A DNA stretch of 55,234 nt from assembly GCA_043807505.1 (NCBI GenBank), contig JAZDFW010000066.1, positions 1-55,234 on the forward strand. Direction: 5' to 3'. A program made the position numbers and the translations under genes. The stretch comes from Candidatus Omnitrophota bacterium. GTDB taxonomy: Bacteria; Omnitrophota; Gorgyraeia; Gygaellales; Profunditerraquicolaceae. The notes under the pieces were generated by a model. The model did no database searches and was not told where the DNA came from. It saw only the letters and a program-made list of their open reading frames with translations. How positions within the stretch are numbered: position 1 is the first letter of the stretch; every line of letters starts with the position of its first letter. This document shows positions 37,539-46,407 of this stretch, in pieces.

Positions 37539-37811
37539 ATGACTAAAAAGGATATTATTTTAAAAGTTTCTGACGAAACCAACCTAAAACAAATAGATGT
37601 AAAAAGAGTTGTGCAGAAAACTTTTGATTGTATACTCCAGGCGTTAGTTAGGGGAGAAAAAATTGAGCTGCGTAATTTCGGCATCTTTAAAGTCAAACAA
37701 AGGAAGAGCCGCACCGGCAGAAACCCACGCACCGGTCAAGTAGTTCCAGTCCCGCCCAGAAAAGTGGCTGTCTTTAAGCCCGGCTTAGAGATGAAAAAAC
37801 AAATAAAATAA
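37539..37811 (+). CDS. HU/IHF family DNA-binding protein
   Basis: MTKKDI, IELRNFGIF, RTGRNPRTG, FKPG. Confidence 0.95.
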   Translation: MTKKDIILKVSDETNLKQIDVKRVVQKTFDCILQALVRGEKIELRNFGIFKVKQRKSRTGRNPRTGQVVPVPPRKVAVFKPGLEMKKQIK

Positions 37812-37835
37812 TTCATTTGAGATTCGCCTAAAAAT

Positions 37836-39089
37836 ATGTTTAATAGAGTTCCCGGAACAAAAGACATCCTTCCGGATGAGGTTTATTCATGGCAGGAAAT
37901 AGAAAAAATAAGTCGAGAAATTTTTTCTATTTATAATTATCAAGAGGTCCGGCCGCCTATAATCGAAGATGCCGGCCTTTTTAACCGTTCTTTGGGTGAA
38001 TTCACCGAAATAGTCCAGAAACAAATGTTCCTCATAAAACACCTTGAGGATACGTATGCCCTCCGGCCAGAAGGCACTGCTTCAGTTGTCCGCTCTTATA
38101 TTGAGAACAATCTGGATAAAACCTGCGGGTTTGTAAAGTTCTATTATATAGGGCCGATGTTCCGCCTTGAACGGCCGCAAAAAGGCCGCCTCAGGCAATT
38201 TCACCATATCGGTACCGAAGTAATCGGCTCATTAGATCCGGAAATAGACGTAGAAATTATCAGCCTTGCAGATGCCCTGCTTAAAGCCTACAGAATCAAA
38301 GATTACCAAATCAAAATTAACACACTTGGCTGCACAACTGATAAAAAAAATCTAATTAAAATTTTAACCCAAGAGCTAAAAGATAAGTTAGAGGATCTTT
38401 GTCAGGAGTGCCGGGAAAGATTTAAGCATAATGTCCTGCGCATCCTTGATTGTAAAAACGAAGATTGCCAAAAAATAATCGGAAACTTAAGAATTAAAGA
38501 TAAACATCTTTGCCCGGCTTGCATTGAGCATTTTTCTCAAGTGAAAACAGGGCTTAATATTCTCAAAATAAACTATGAAGTTGACCCCCTTTTAGTACGC
38601 GGCCTGGATTATTATACCCGCACGGTCTTTGAGGTTAAACACCCTGGTTTAGGCGCGCAAGATGCCATTGGCGCAGGAGGCAGGTATGATAATTTAGTAG
38701 AAGAACTTGGAGGGCCGTTTACCGGCTCAATTGGTTTTGCCTTTGGCGTAGAAAGGCTATTATTAGCCGCAACAAATTCAGAAAACCTCAAAACAAAAGA
38801 TAAGTTTCTTGTTTATCTAATTACGCTGGGCGAGCAAGCAAAAAAGGCTGGATTAAAAATATTAAGCAGCCTGCGTCAGGCAGGAATCCCAACTGACACT
38901 GATTACCAAGGCAAATCTTTAAAAGGCGCAATGCGCAAGGCATTTGATTTGGCCGCAAAGTTTGTTTTAATTATCGGGGAGGATGAGTTAAAGAATAATA
39001 CCGTGACATTAAAAGATATGGCTTCCGGAGAACAGAAAGAAGTTAAGACGGAGAATTTAATACAAGAAATAATGGCAAATATTAAATAG
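37836..39089 (+). CDS. hisS: Histidine--tRNA ligase
   Basis: LRPEGTA, ERPQKGRLRQFH, VRGLDYY, GGRYD. Confidence 0.98.
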   Translation: MFNRVPGTKDILPDEVYSWQEIEKISREIFSIYNYQEVRPPIIEDAGLFNRSLGEFTEIVQKQMFLIKHLEDTYALRPEGTASVVRSYIENNLDKTCGFVKFYYIGPMFRLERPQKGRLRQFHHIGTEVIGSLDPEIDVEIISLADALLKAYRIKDYQIKINTLGCTTDKKNLIKILTQELKDKLEDLCQECRERFKHNVLRILDCKNEDCQKIIGNLRIKDKHLCPACIEHFSQVKTGLNILKINYEVDPLLVRGLDYYTRTVFEVKHPGLGAQDAIGAGGRYDNLVEELGGPFTGSIGFAFGVERLLLAATNSENLKTKDKFLVYLITLGEQAKKAGLKILSSLRQAGIPTDTDYQGKSLKGAMRKAFDLAAKFVLIIGEDELKNNTVTLKDMASGEQKEVKTENLIQEIMANIK

Positions 39090-39096
39090 GATTAAT

Positions 39097-40491
39097 ATGC
39101 TGCGCACTCATAATTGCGGCCAATTGAATATAAATGATACCGGAAAAGAAGTGACTCTCTGTGGATGGGTGGCAACCCGCCGGGATCATGGAAAATTGAT
39201 TTTCATTGACCTGCGCGACAGATACGGCCTGGCGCAAGTTACTTTTATTCCTAAAGAGGCAGGGGAATCTTACAAAATAGCCCAAGAATTAAGAAGTGAA
39301 TTCGTCATCAAAATTAGCGGTATTGTAAATAAGCGCCCGGCCAATAATATAAACCCGAATTTAGCCACTGGCGAAATAGAAATTTTAGCAAAAAGCGTTG
39401 AAATATTAAATCCCAGCCTTACGCCGCCGTTTGAGATTGAGGATAACTTAAGCATAACAGAGGAAATGCGGCTTAAATACCGTTATCTTGATTTAAGAAG
39501 AAAAAAGGTATTTAATAATCTTATTTTGCGCCACAAAGTTTATCAGATAATTCGTAATTTTCTGGATTCCCTGGGGTTTATTGAATGTGAAACACCGATT
39601 CTTACCAAAAGCACCCCTGAAGGCGCCCGCGATTATCTGGTGCCGGCAAGGCTCTGTCCGGGAGAATTTTTCGCGCTTCCTCAGTCACCGCAGTTATTCA
39701 AACAGATTTTAATGGTCGCTGGAATCGATAAATATTACCAGATTGCTAAATGTTTCAGGGACGAAGACCTGCGCGCCGACCGCCAGCCGGAATTCACCCA
39801 GCTGGATTTAGAAATGTCATTTCCTGATGAAGACGATATTTTTGCCGTGATTGAAAAAACAATGCAGTTAATCTTCAAAGAAGCAAAAGGCATAGATATC
39901 CAAATTCCTTTTAAACGCATGACTTACCAGGACTCAATGGAAAAACATAATTCCGACAAACCGGATTTAAGGAAAGAATTTAATAGCGAATTTGCTTTTG
40001 TTTGGATAATAGATTTCCCCTTGTTTAAGTTTAACCAAGAGGAAAAACGCTGGGAAAGCGAACATCATCCTTTTACCGCGCCGGCTACTGCAGGCCTTGA
40101 AACCATAGAGAAATCCCCGGAAAAAGTAAAGTCGCGCTCTTATGATTTAGTTTTAAACGGCACGGAAATCGGCTCAGGTTCTATTAGGATCCACGACCAG
40201 AAATTACAAGAACGGATTTTTAACATTATCGGCATTGACGAAGCTCAGGCTCAAAAACGCTTCGGATTTCTTCTGGAAGCTTTTCAATATGGCGCGCCGC
40301 CACACGGAGGTTTTGCCTTTGGTTTAGACAGGCTCTTAGCCATGCTTGCGGGCGAAGCCAGCATTAGGGAAGTAATTACCTTCCCAAAAACTGCTAAAGC
40401 CTTCTGTCCGTTAACTAATGCGCCTTCAGATGTAGATGAAAAACAGTTAAAAGAATTAAATTTAACCTTATTAAAAAGGAGGCAAGAATGA
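39097..40491 (+). CDS. aspS: Aspartate--tRNA ligase, short bacterial type lacking the GAD insertion
   Basis: RRDHG, TPEGARD, LPQSPQ, FRDEDLRADRQPEF, GAPPHGG; only 464 aa. Confidence 0.95.
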   Translation: MLRTHNCGQLNINDTGKEVTLCGWVATRRDHGKLIFIDLRDRYGLAQVTFIPKEAGESYKIAQELRSEFVIKISGIVNKRPANNINPNLATGEIEILAKSVEILNPSLTPPFEIEDNLSITEEMRLKYRYLDLRRKKVFNNLILRHKVYQIIRNFLDSLGFIECETPILTKSTPEGARDYLVPARLCPGEFFALPQSPQLFKQILMVAGIDKYYQIAKCFRDEDLRADRQPEFTQLDLEMSFPDEDDIFAVIEKTMQLIFKEAKGIDIQIPFKRMTYQDSMEKHNSDKPDLRKEFNSEFAFVWIIDFPLFKFNQEEKRWESEHHPFTAPATAGLETIEKSPEKVKSRSYDLVLNGTEIGSGSIRIHDQKLQERIFNIIGIDEAQAQKRFGFLLEAFQYGAPPHGGFAFGLDRLLAMLAGEASIREVITFPKTAKAFCPLTNAPSDVDEKQLKELNLTLLKRRQE

Positions 40492-41048
40492 GCAGGACAA
40501 AGTTAATCGGCTTATTAACGTTATCATTGTGCTTTATATTATCAGGTTGTATTGTTAGGACATACCAAACAACCAGAGACAGGGTTGATCAAGATTTAAC
40601 AGGGAATCGCGGTTATCTGCTGGGCTCTATCCCTGCGGATCAATCCATGGCAGAACGCAAAACTACCCGTACAACTCAAATAGTGGAAATAGAACTTCAT
40701 TCACCGATAAAATTCGAGCGAAAAACTTCAAACAAATCAACAATGCCGGTCAAAATTGAAGAACCAGCCACAGAAGAATCAATTATCGGCAACAGAGGCT
40801 ATATTACTAAAAGCGCCACTCCTGAAAGAGCTGTAATAACGCCTGCTTTTAAAGAATATACTGTACAAAAAGGCGACACCTTACAAAAAATCTCCAAAAA
40901 GTTTTACGGCACCACCAAAAAATGGACCAAAATCTATAATGCCAACAAAAGTATTATGAAGGGCCCGAATAAAATTTATCCGGGGCAGACTATTTCTATT
41001 CCCGAAACAATTGAGGCCGTTGAAGAATACAAAGGAAACTTAAAATAA
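40488..41048 (+). CDS. LysM domain lipoprotein
   Basis: LSGC lipobox; YTVQKGDTLQKISKKFYG...IYPGQ. Confidence 0.9.
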   Translation: MSRTKLIGLLTLSLCFILSGCIVRTYQTTRDRVDQDLTGNRGYLLGSIPADQSMAERKTTRTTQIVEIELHSPIKFERKTSNKSTMPVKIEEPATEESIIGNRGYITKSATPERAVITPAFKEYTVQKGDTLQKISKKFYGTTKKWTKIYNANKSIMKGPNKIYPGQTISIPETIEAVEEYKGNLK

Positions 41049-41064
41049 CTCTTGTCTTTTATTT

Positions 41065-42021
41065 ATGCAAAAAACAATTGAATTAAAAACCCACGAGCAG
41101 ATACAGGAGCTTTTCGGGAAACACGACCAGAATATCCGCGTAATCGAGAAAGAATTCAAGGTCAAAATAACGCTGCGCGGCGAACACTTAAAAATCAGCG
41201 GTACTGCCACAAACATCAATAAGGCCGCTAATCTAATCAAGTATTTGCTCGAAGGCATAAAGGCCAACCAAGGCCAAATCGCCAATCTCGACCTGCATTA
41301 TTTGATAAAAAGTTTTAAAAAAGAAACCAACGCTCCATCCGCTGCATTGGATTTACCGATTACCGCGCATTTTTCCAAAACCCGCGCAATCGGGCCAAAA
41401 ACCAAGGGCCAACATGAATATGCGGAATCAATTAAAAAACACGATATAGTTTTCGGTATCGGCCCTGCGGGAACAGGTAAAACTTACCTTGCAATGGCTT
41501 GCGCAGTAGAAGCGTTAAATAAGCAAGAGGTAAGAAGAATTGTCCTTACTCGCCCGGCAATAGAAGCAGGTGAATCATTGGGATTTTTGCCGGGAGATAT
41601 GTACGAAAAAATTTCGCCGTATTTAAGGCCCCTTTATGATGCTATTTACGACATGATGGATGCGGAGCGCATTGAGAAATATCTAGAAACCGGTATCATC
41701 GAGGTTGCGCCCCTAGCATATATGCGCGGTAGGACGCTAAATGATGCCTTTATCATCCTCGACGAAGCGCAAAATTGCTCAGGCGAACAAATGAAAATGT
41801 TCTTAACGCGCTTAGGATTTGATTCAAAAGTAGTAATTACCGGGGATATAACCCAAAGTGACCTGCCCCAGGGAAAGCCCATCGGCCTTCTTCAAGCGCA
41901 AGATTTATTAAAAGAAATCGAAGGCATCAAATTTGTTTATCTTACCGGTGATGATGTAGTAAGGCATGCGCTGGTACAAAAAATTATTGAGGCATATGAT
42001 AAAACAAACCGCTCTAAATAA
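41065..42021 (+). CDS. phoH: PhoH family ATPase (YbeZ-like)
   Basis: GPAGTGKT, LGFLPGD, YMRGRT, LDEAQN, VVRH. Confidence 0.95.
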   Translation: MQKTIELKTHEQIQELFGKHDQNIRVIEKEFKVKITLRGEHLKISGTATNINKAANLIKYLLEGIKANQGQIANLDLHYLIKSFKKETNAPSAALDLPITAHFSKTRAIGPKTKGQHEYAESIKKHDIVFGIGPAGTGKTYLAMACAVEALNKQEVRRIVLTRPAIEAGESLGFLPGDMYEKISPYLRPLYDAIYDMMDAERIEKYLETGIIEVAPLAYMRGRTLNDAFIILDEAQNCSGEQMKMFLTRLGFDSKVVITGDITQSDLPQGKPIGLLQAQDLLKEIEGIKFVYLTGDDVVRHALVQKIIEAYDKTNRSK

Positions 42022-43330
42022 GGCGAAATTCATCTTTGGCGCAATTTTGCTTTTTTTGTTTAGCTTAATCATTAAAATTAATTTAGCTATTCCCTTATTC
42101 TTACTAAGCCTAGTAATATACATTAGGCGTTCTTACCCCGGCTTAAAAACTAAAACCTATAACCTTCTGAATCTTAGTTTCCTATTTGTCATTATCTTTT
42201 CGTCAAGTTATTTAATCCTCAAACGCGGCTTACCGATATTTTATATTCCTTTTTCTCTGGCGGCGCTATTAAGCATAATTTTATTTAACAACATAGAAAT
42301 CTCTTTCCTGATTACACTTGCTTGTGGGATAGCAGTAACATCTATCGCGGGAAACAATTTTTTGTTAGTAGTGATGTTTTTAATCAGTGGGATATTGGCA
42401 ATCCTTTTAGCTAAAGATATGCGCCGGCGCAGTGTAATTATCCGCACCGGCCTTTTCATCGGGCTTGCGCAGGCAGCTACATTAACCTTAGCCTCCCGCT
42501 TTAAATCACAATACGTCTTGAGTGATTTTATATTAATAGCTAACGGCATAGGCTGCAGCATCATAGTAATAGGAATCCTGCCGATCTTTGAATATTTATT
42601 TAAAACCGTAACGAATGTCAGCCTTCTGGAGTTAGCCGATTTTCATAATCCGCTCCTGCAGCGCATGGTCATGGAAGCGCCAGGCACATATCATCATAGT
42701 TTGATTGTGGGGAATTTATCAGACGCGGCTTGCAAGGCAGTGGGAGCTAATGCATTATTGGCAAGAATCGGCGCTTATTATCACGATATCGGTAAACTTG
42801 CCAAACCCGAATATTTCAGCGAGAACCAAAGCGCCTTCACCAGTAAACATGAAGCCTTAACTCCGACAATGAGCAAACTTATCATTATGAACCACGTTAA
42901 AGAAGGGGTGGAGTTAGCTAAAAAATACAAATTTACGCCGAGCGTAATTGACTTTATCGAACAGCACCATGGAAATAGCCTGGTGTATTATTTCTATCGC
43001 CGGGCGTTAGAAAATACCGAAAATGTAGAAAAAGTCGGCGAAGAAGAATTCCGTTATCCAGGGCCCAAGCCTAATTCAAAAGAAACCGCTATTGTGCTAT
43101 TGGCGGATTCAGTTGAAGCAGCTACCAGGGCCCTCAAAGAAGCAGATCCGGCAAAAATTGAAGAGCTGGTGCATAAAATCATCAATAATAAATTTATTGA
43201 CGGCCAACTTGATGAATGCGACCTAAAGCTAAAAGACCTGGAGAAAATCTCTTCGGTATTTATCAGAATATTATCCGGCATATATCACGGCCGAGTAAAT
43301 TATCCGGAAAGCAAAAAAAAAGCTAAGTGA
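41996..43330 (+). CDS. Membrane HD (HDIG) phosphohydrolase, PgpH-like c-di-AMP phosphodiesterase
   Basis: Multi-TM region, APGTYHHS, YYHDIGK, EQHHG, YPGPKP, LADSVEAA; phoH-HD-ybeY context; start 41996 or 41966. Confidence 0.85.
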   Translation: MIKQTALNKAKFIFGAILLFLFSLIIKINLAIPLFLLSLVIYIRRSYPGLKTKTYNLLNLSFLFVIIFSSSYLILKRGLPIFYIPFSLAALLSIILFNNIEISFLITLACGIAVTSIAGNNFLLVVMFLISGILAILLAKDMRRRSVIIRTGLFIGLAQAATLTLASRFKSQYVLSDFILIANGIGCSIIVIGILPIFEYLFKTVTNVSLLELADFHNPLLQRMVMEAPGTYHHSLIVGNLSDAACKAVGANALLARIGAYYHDIGKLAKPEYFSENQSAFTSKHEALTPTMSKLIIMNHVKEGVELAKKYKFTPSVIDFIEQHHGNSLVYYFYRRALENTENVEKVGEEEFRYPGPKPNSKETAIVLLADSVEAATRALKEADPAKIEELVHKIINNKFIDGQLDECDLKLKDLEKISSVFIRILSGIYHGRVNYPESKKKAK

Positions 43331-43782
43331 AACCCGAGGAAAAACGCCTCCAGATTATTATAAAAAATTCCCAAAAAAAAATTCGCATTGATTCACTAAT
43401 TACGCAAAAAATAATTCAAGCAATAAATAAAACGATTTCCTTAAAATGTAAATTTAGCCAAGCCCAGATAACGATTCTTCTTGTAAACGATAAATTCATC
43501 AGTGAATTAAATTTGATGTATTTAGGAAAAGCCTCGCCGACTGATGTATTAACATTTGACATTACTGAAAAAAAAAGAAACAAAGATTATCTGATTGCCG
43601 ATATCGTTATCTCAACCGACGCCTCGGTTAAAAACGCAAAAATCTATAAAACTAGCCCAAAACAGGAACTTTTGCTTTACACTATCCACGGAGTTTTACA
43701 TCTTTTAGGATTTGACGATGCTACCTCAAAACAAAGAGAACGCATGGATAAAAAAGCTTTCGCGATTTTAAATTCGATTTAA
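43327..43782 (+). CDS. ybeY: rRNA maturation RNase YbeY
   Basis: PTDVLTF, HGVLHLLGFD. Confidence 0.92.
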   Translation: MKPEEKRLQIIIKNSQKKIRIDSLITQKIIQAINKTISLKCKFSQAQITILLVNDKFISELNLMYLGKASPTDVLTFDITEKKRNKDYLIADIVISTDASVKNAKIYKTSPKQELLLYTIHGVLHLLGFDDATSKQRERMDKKAFAILNSI

Positions 43783-43790
43783 CCAAACTT

Positions 43791-44558
43791 ATGTCCATAC
43801 ACAAAACCGAAGCCATAGTCTTAAGAAAACGCGATTTTCGCGAGACCTCGCTCATTGTTGAATTCTATACGCGTGAATTCGGAAAAATGTCCGGCATCTT
43901 AAAAGGCATCCGCAAAGAACCAACAAAGTTTGCCAGCACCCTTGAGCCTTTCTCGCACAATACAATTATCTTTTACAAAAAAAGGAATTCATCGCTGCAT
44001 TTGGTTTCACAATGCGATACAATAAATAATTTCAATAATTCGCGCTCCAGCATATTTAAGGTTGGGACAGGCAGCCTGATTGTCGAATTGGTCAATGCCC
44101 TCATGCAGGAAGAAGACAAAAACGAAAGTATCTTTGATTTAACCTTAACCTGCCTTAAAGAGCTGGAAACAAACAACAACGCGGATAAAATTATGACCAT
44201 ATTTAAAATTAAGGTTTTAGCGCTCTCGGGCTTTAAACCAAATTTTGATTCCTGTGTTTGTTGCGGCTCAAAAATTATGGATCAGACTAAATTCTCTTTA
44301 AGCTTGGGAGGATTGTTATGCGTTAAGTGCCAGAAAAATGATTTTAAGGCACGAATGATCTTCCGCGGAACAGTAGCCTCGATTTCACATATTCAAAAAA
44401 ATGATTTCAGGATGAATTTAAACCTGGGGATGAACCCGGAAATAAAGAAAGAACTGGGAATAATCCTTAACGCTTTTTTAAACTTTCATTTAGAAAAACA
44501 GCTTAGGTCACAGAAGGTAATAAATAATTTTAATGATTCTTTGTATCAGTTAAGATAG
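43791..44558 (+). CDS. recO: DNA repair protein RecO
   Basis: N-terminal OB fold (TEAIVLR..DFRE), CVCC...CVKC zinc site. Confidence 0.93.
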   Translation: MSIHKTEAIVLRKRDFRETSLIVEFYTREFGKMSGILKGIRKEPTKFASTLEPFSHNTIIFYKKRNSSLHLVSQCDTINNFNNSRSSIFKVGTGSLIVELVNALMQEEDKNESIFDLTLTCLKELETNNNADKIMTIFKIKVLALSGFKPNFDSCVCCGSKIMDQTKFSLSLGGLLCVKCQKNDFKARMIFRGTVASISHIQKNDFRMNLNLGMNPEIKKELGIILNAFLNFHLEKQLRSQKVINNFNDSLYQLR

Positions 44559-44579
44559 ACTCCGCACACAGTGCGGAGT
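44559..44579. terminator. Stem-loop after recO
   Basis: ACTCCGCAC-ACA-GTGCGGAGT. Confidence 0.5.
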
Positions 44580-44580
44580 T

Positions 44581-44622
44581 AAATAAATAATAAACGCCAG
44601 AGGCATTATTTATTTAAGGAGG
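44581..44622 (+). repeat. 42-bp hairpin + Shine-Dalgarno cassette, copy 2
   Basis: AAATAAATAATAAACGCCAGAGGCATTATTTATTTAAGGAGG, 7 nt before the panE ATG. Confidence 0.9.
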
Positions 44623-44629
44623 GACAATA

Positions 44630-45583
44630 ATGAAAACAGTAATTGTCGGCCCGGGAGCAATGGGGTTATTATTTGGAGCATTTTTGTCAAAATCCTTATC
44701 TAGCGGCAAGCAGGGCAAGGATGAAGTTTGGATCTTGGATAAAAATAAGGAACGCTCGGCAAAAATCAATCAAAATGGAATTTCTGTCGAAGGCATCTCT
44801 GGTAAATGGCAGGCAAAGGTAAGAGCCACTACCCAGACAAAAGAGATTGAACAGGCCCAGCTGATTATCATTGCTGTAAAATCCTACGATACAAAATCTG
44901 CAATCACCTTAGCAAAACCTATCATTACTGATGATACGAGTATCCTAACCTTACAAAACGGCATTGGAAATATTGAAATTATCTCCGAGGTAGCCGGAGC
45001 TGATAAAGTTATCGGCGGCATTACAAACCTTGGAGCTACCTTACTCAATGAAAACCAAATCAGGCACGCAGGCAATGGTGAAACCATTATCGGAAAGATT
45101 GATGGCACAATACCAGCCGAGCTGCGCCAAATCCGGGAAATTTTTAATAAGGTAAAACTTGAGACAAAAATCTCGCGCGATATTAAAGGAATATTATGGT
45201 CGAAATTAATTATTAATGTCGGAATTAACGCGCTTACTGCTTTAACGCGCCTGCATAACGGCCGGTTAATAGAATTTGAAGGCACGCGCAAAATTATGCG
45301 CGAAGCAGTAACTGAAGCGGTAAAAATTGCTAAAAGAAAAAGGATTAAACTGATTTATGACGATCCACTGGCAAAAGTAGAGGCAGTCTGTGAAGCAACA
45401 GCCGCTAATGTTTCCTCGATGCTGCAGGATATTTTACGTAAAAAACGCACGGAAATAGATTTTATAAACGGGGTAGTTGTAAGGACAGGGCAGGAAATAG
45501 GAGTCCCTGTTCCGGTAAATTCATTGCTCGTTGATTTAATTAAAACAATCGAAACAAGCCATCATTTCGCTTTAGAAAGATAA
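44630..45583 (+). CDS. panE: 2-dehydropantoate 2-reductase
   Basis: GPGAMG, AVKSYD, LQNGIG, WSKLIIN, SSMLQD, TEIDFING. Confidence 0.95.
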   Translation: MKTVIVGPGAMGLLFGAFLSKSLSSGKQGKDEVWILDKNKERSAKINQNGISVEGISGKWQAKVRATTQTKEIEQAQLIIIAVKSYDTKSAITLAKPIITDDTSILTLQNGIGNIEIISEVAGADKVIGGITNLGATLLNENQIRHAGNGETIIGKIDGTIPAELRQIREIFNKVKLETKISRDIKGILWSKLIINVGINALTALTRLHNGRLIEFEGTRKIMREAVTEAVKIAKRKRIKLIYDDPLAKVEAVCEATAANVSSMLQDILRKKRTEIDFINGVVVRTGQEIGVPVPVNSLLVDLIKTIETSHHFALER

Positions 45584-45591
45584 CTTCTGTT

Positions 45592-46407
45592 ATGAAAAAA
45601 TACCACTTATTAGTCTTAATACTTCTGGGCTTATTCTTAGGATTATATGTTTCCGGCAAAACCAGAGCCTTTAGCATAAACAAACCGCAAGAGGCAAAAC
45701 AGTTTGAAGGTTTTCAACAAATAATACAGGACGGCTTATTGCTATTAAGAGAGCGTAAAGACAATGTTGCTTTAATTATTTTTGAAAAGATTTTAATAAC
45801 TCAACCGCAAAATCTGGATGCGCTTTGGGGGAAAGCCGAAGTTTTAAGAAGAAGGTATCAATTCAAAGAGGCAGAAGAATTATTAAACAAAATACTTAAA
45901 GTTAATCCTGATTATCCAGCGGCATTAAATAGCTTAGCATACATTAAATATAGAGAAGGTAAACTTGGGGTAGCATTAAAAATAATCAATCGGATTTTAA
46001 AAATTAAATCCCTGGATAGAGAAAACCAGGCATTGGCTTATCTAACATTGGGCGCGATTAACAGCTGGCGCGCAACACATGGCTGGCCAATAAATAAGAT
46101 TCAATACGGCACGCAAATTAAATGTTATTTCCAGCGGGCAAAAGAAATTTGTCCTGAACTAGCCGAAACACATCTTGGCTTAGGCACATTTTTCCTTAAG
46201 GCACCGGCGATTGTCGGAGGAAACATTGATAACGCAATCAAAGAGTTGGAGTTGGCAATAAAGATTGCCCCGAATTTTGCCGCAGTCAACGCGCGCCTTG
46301 CCCAGGCATATCAAAAAATTGGCTTAGAAGATGAATTTAAATATTATCTTATCAAAGCAAAAAACTTAGATCCACAAAATGAAGTTTTAAAGGAAATCAT
46401 AGAATAG
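45592..46407 (+). CDS. Exported tetratricopeptide repeat protein
   Basis: Signal or anchor helix and several TPR-pattern repeats. Confidence 0.8.
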   Translation: MKKYHLLVLILLGLFLGLYVSGKTRAFSINKPQEAKQFEGFQQIIQDGLLLLRERKDNVALIIFEKILITQPQNLDALWGKAEVLRRRYQFKEAEELLNKILKVNPDYPAALNSLAYIKYREGKLGVALKIINRILKIKSLDRENQALAYLTLGAINSWRATHGWPINKIQYGTQIKCYFQRAKEICPELAETHLGLGTFFLKAPAIVGGNIDNAIKELELAIKIAPNFAAVNARLAQAYQKIGLEDEFKYYLIKAKNLDPQNEVLKEIIE

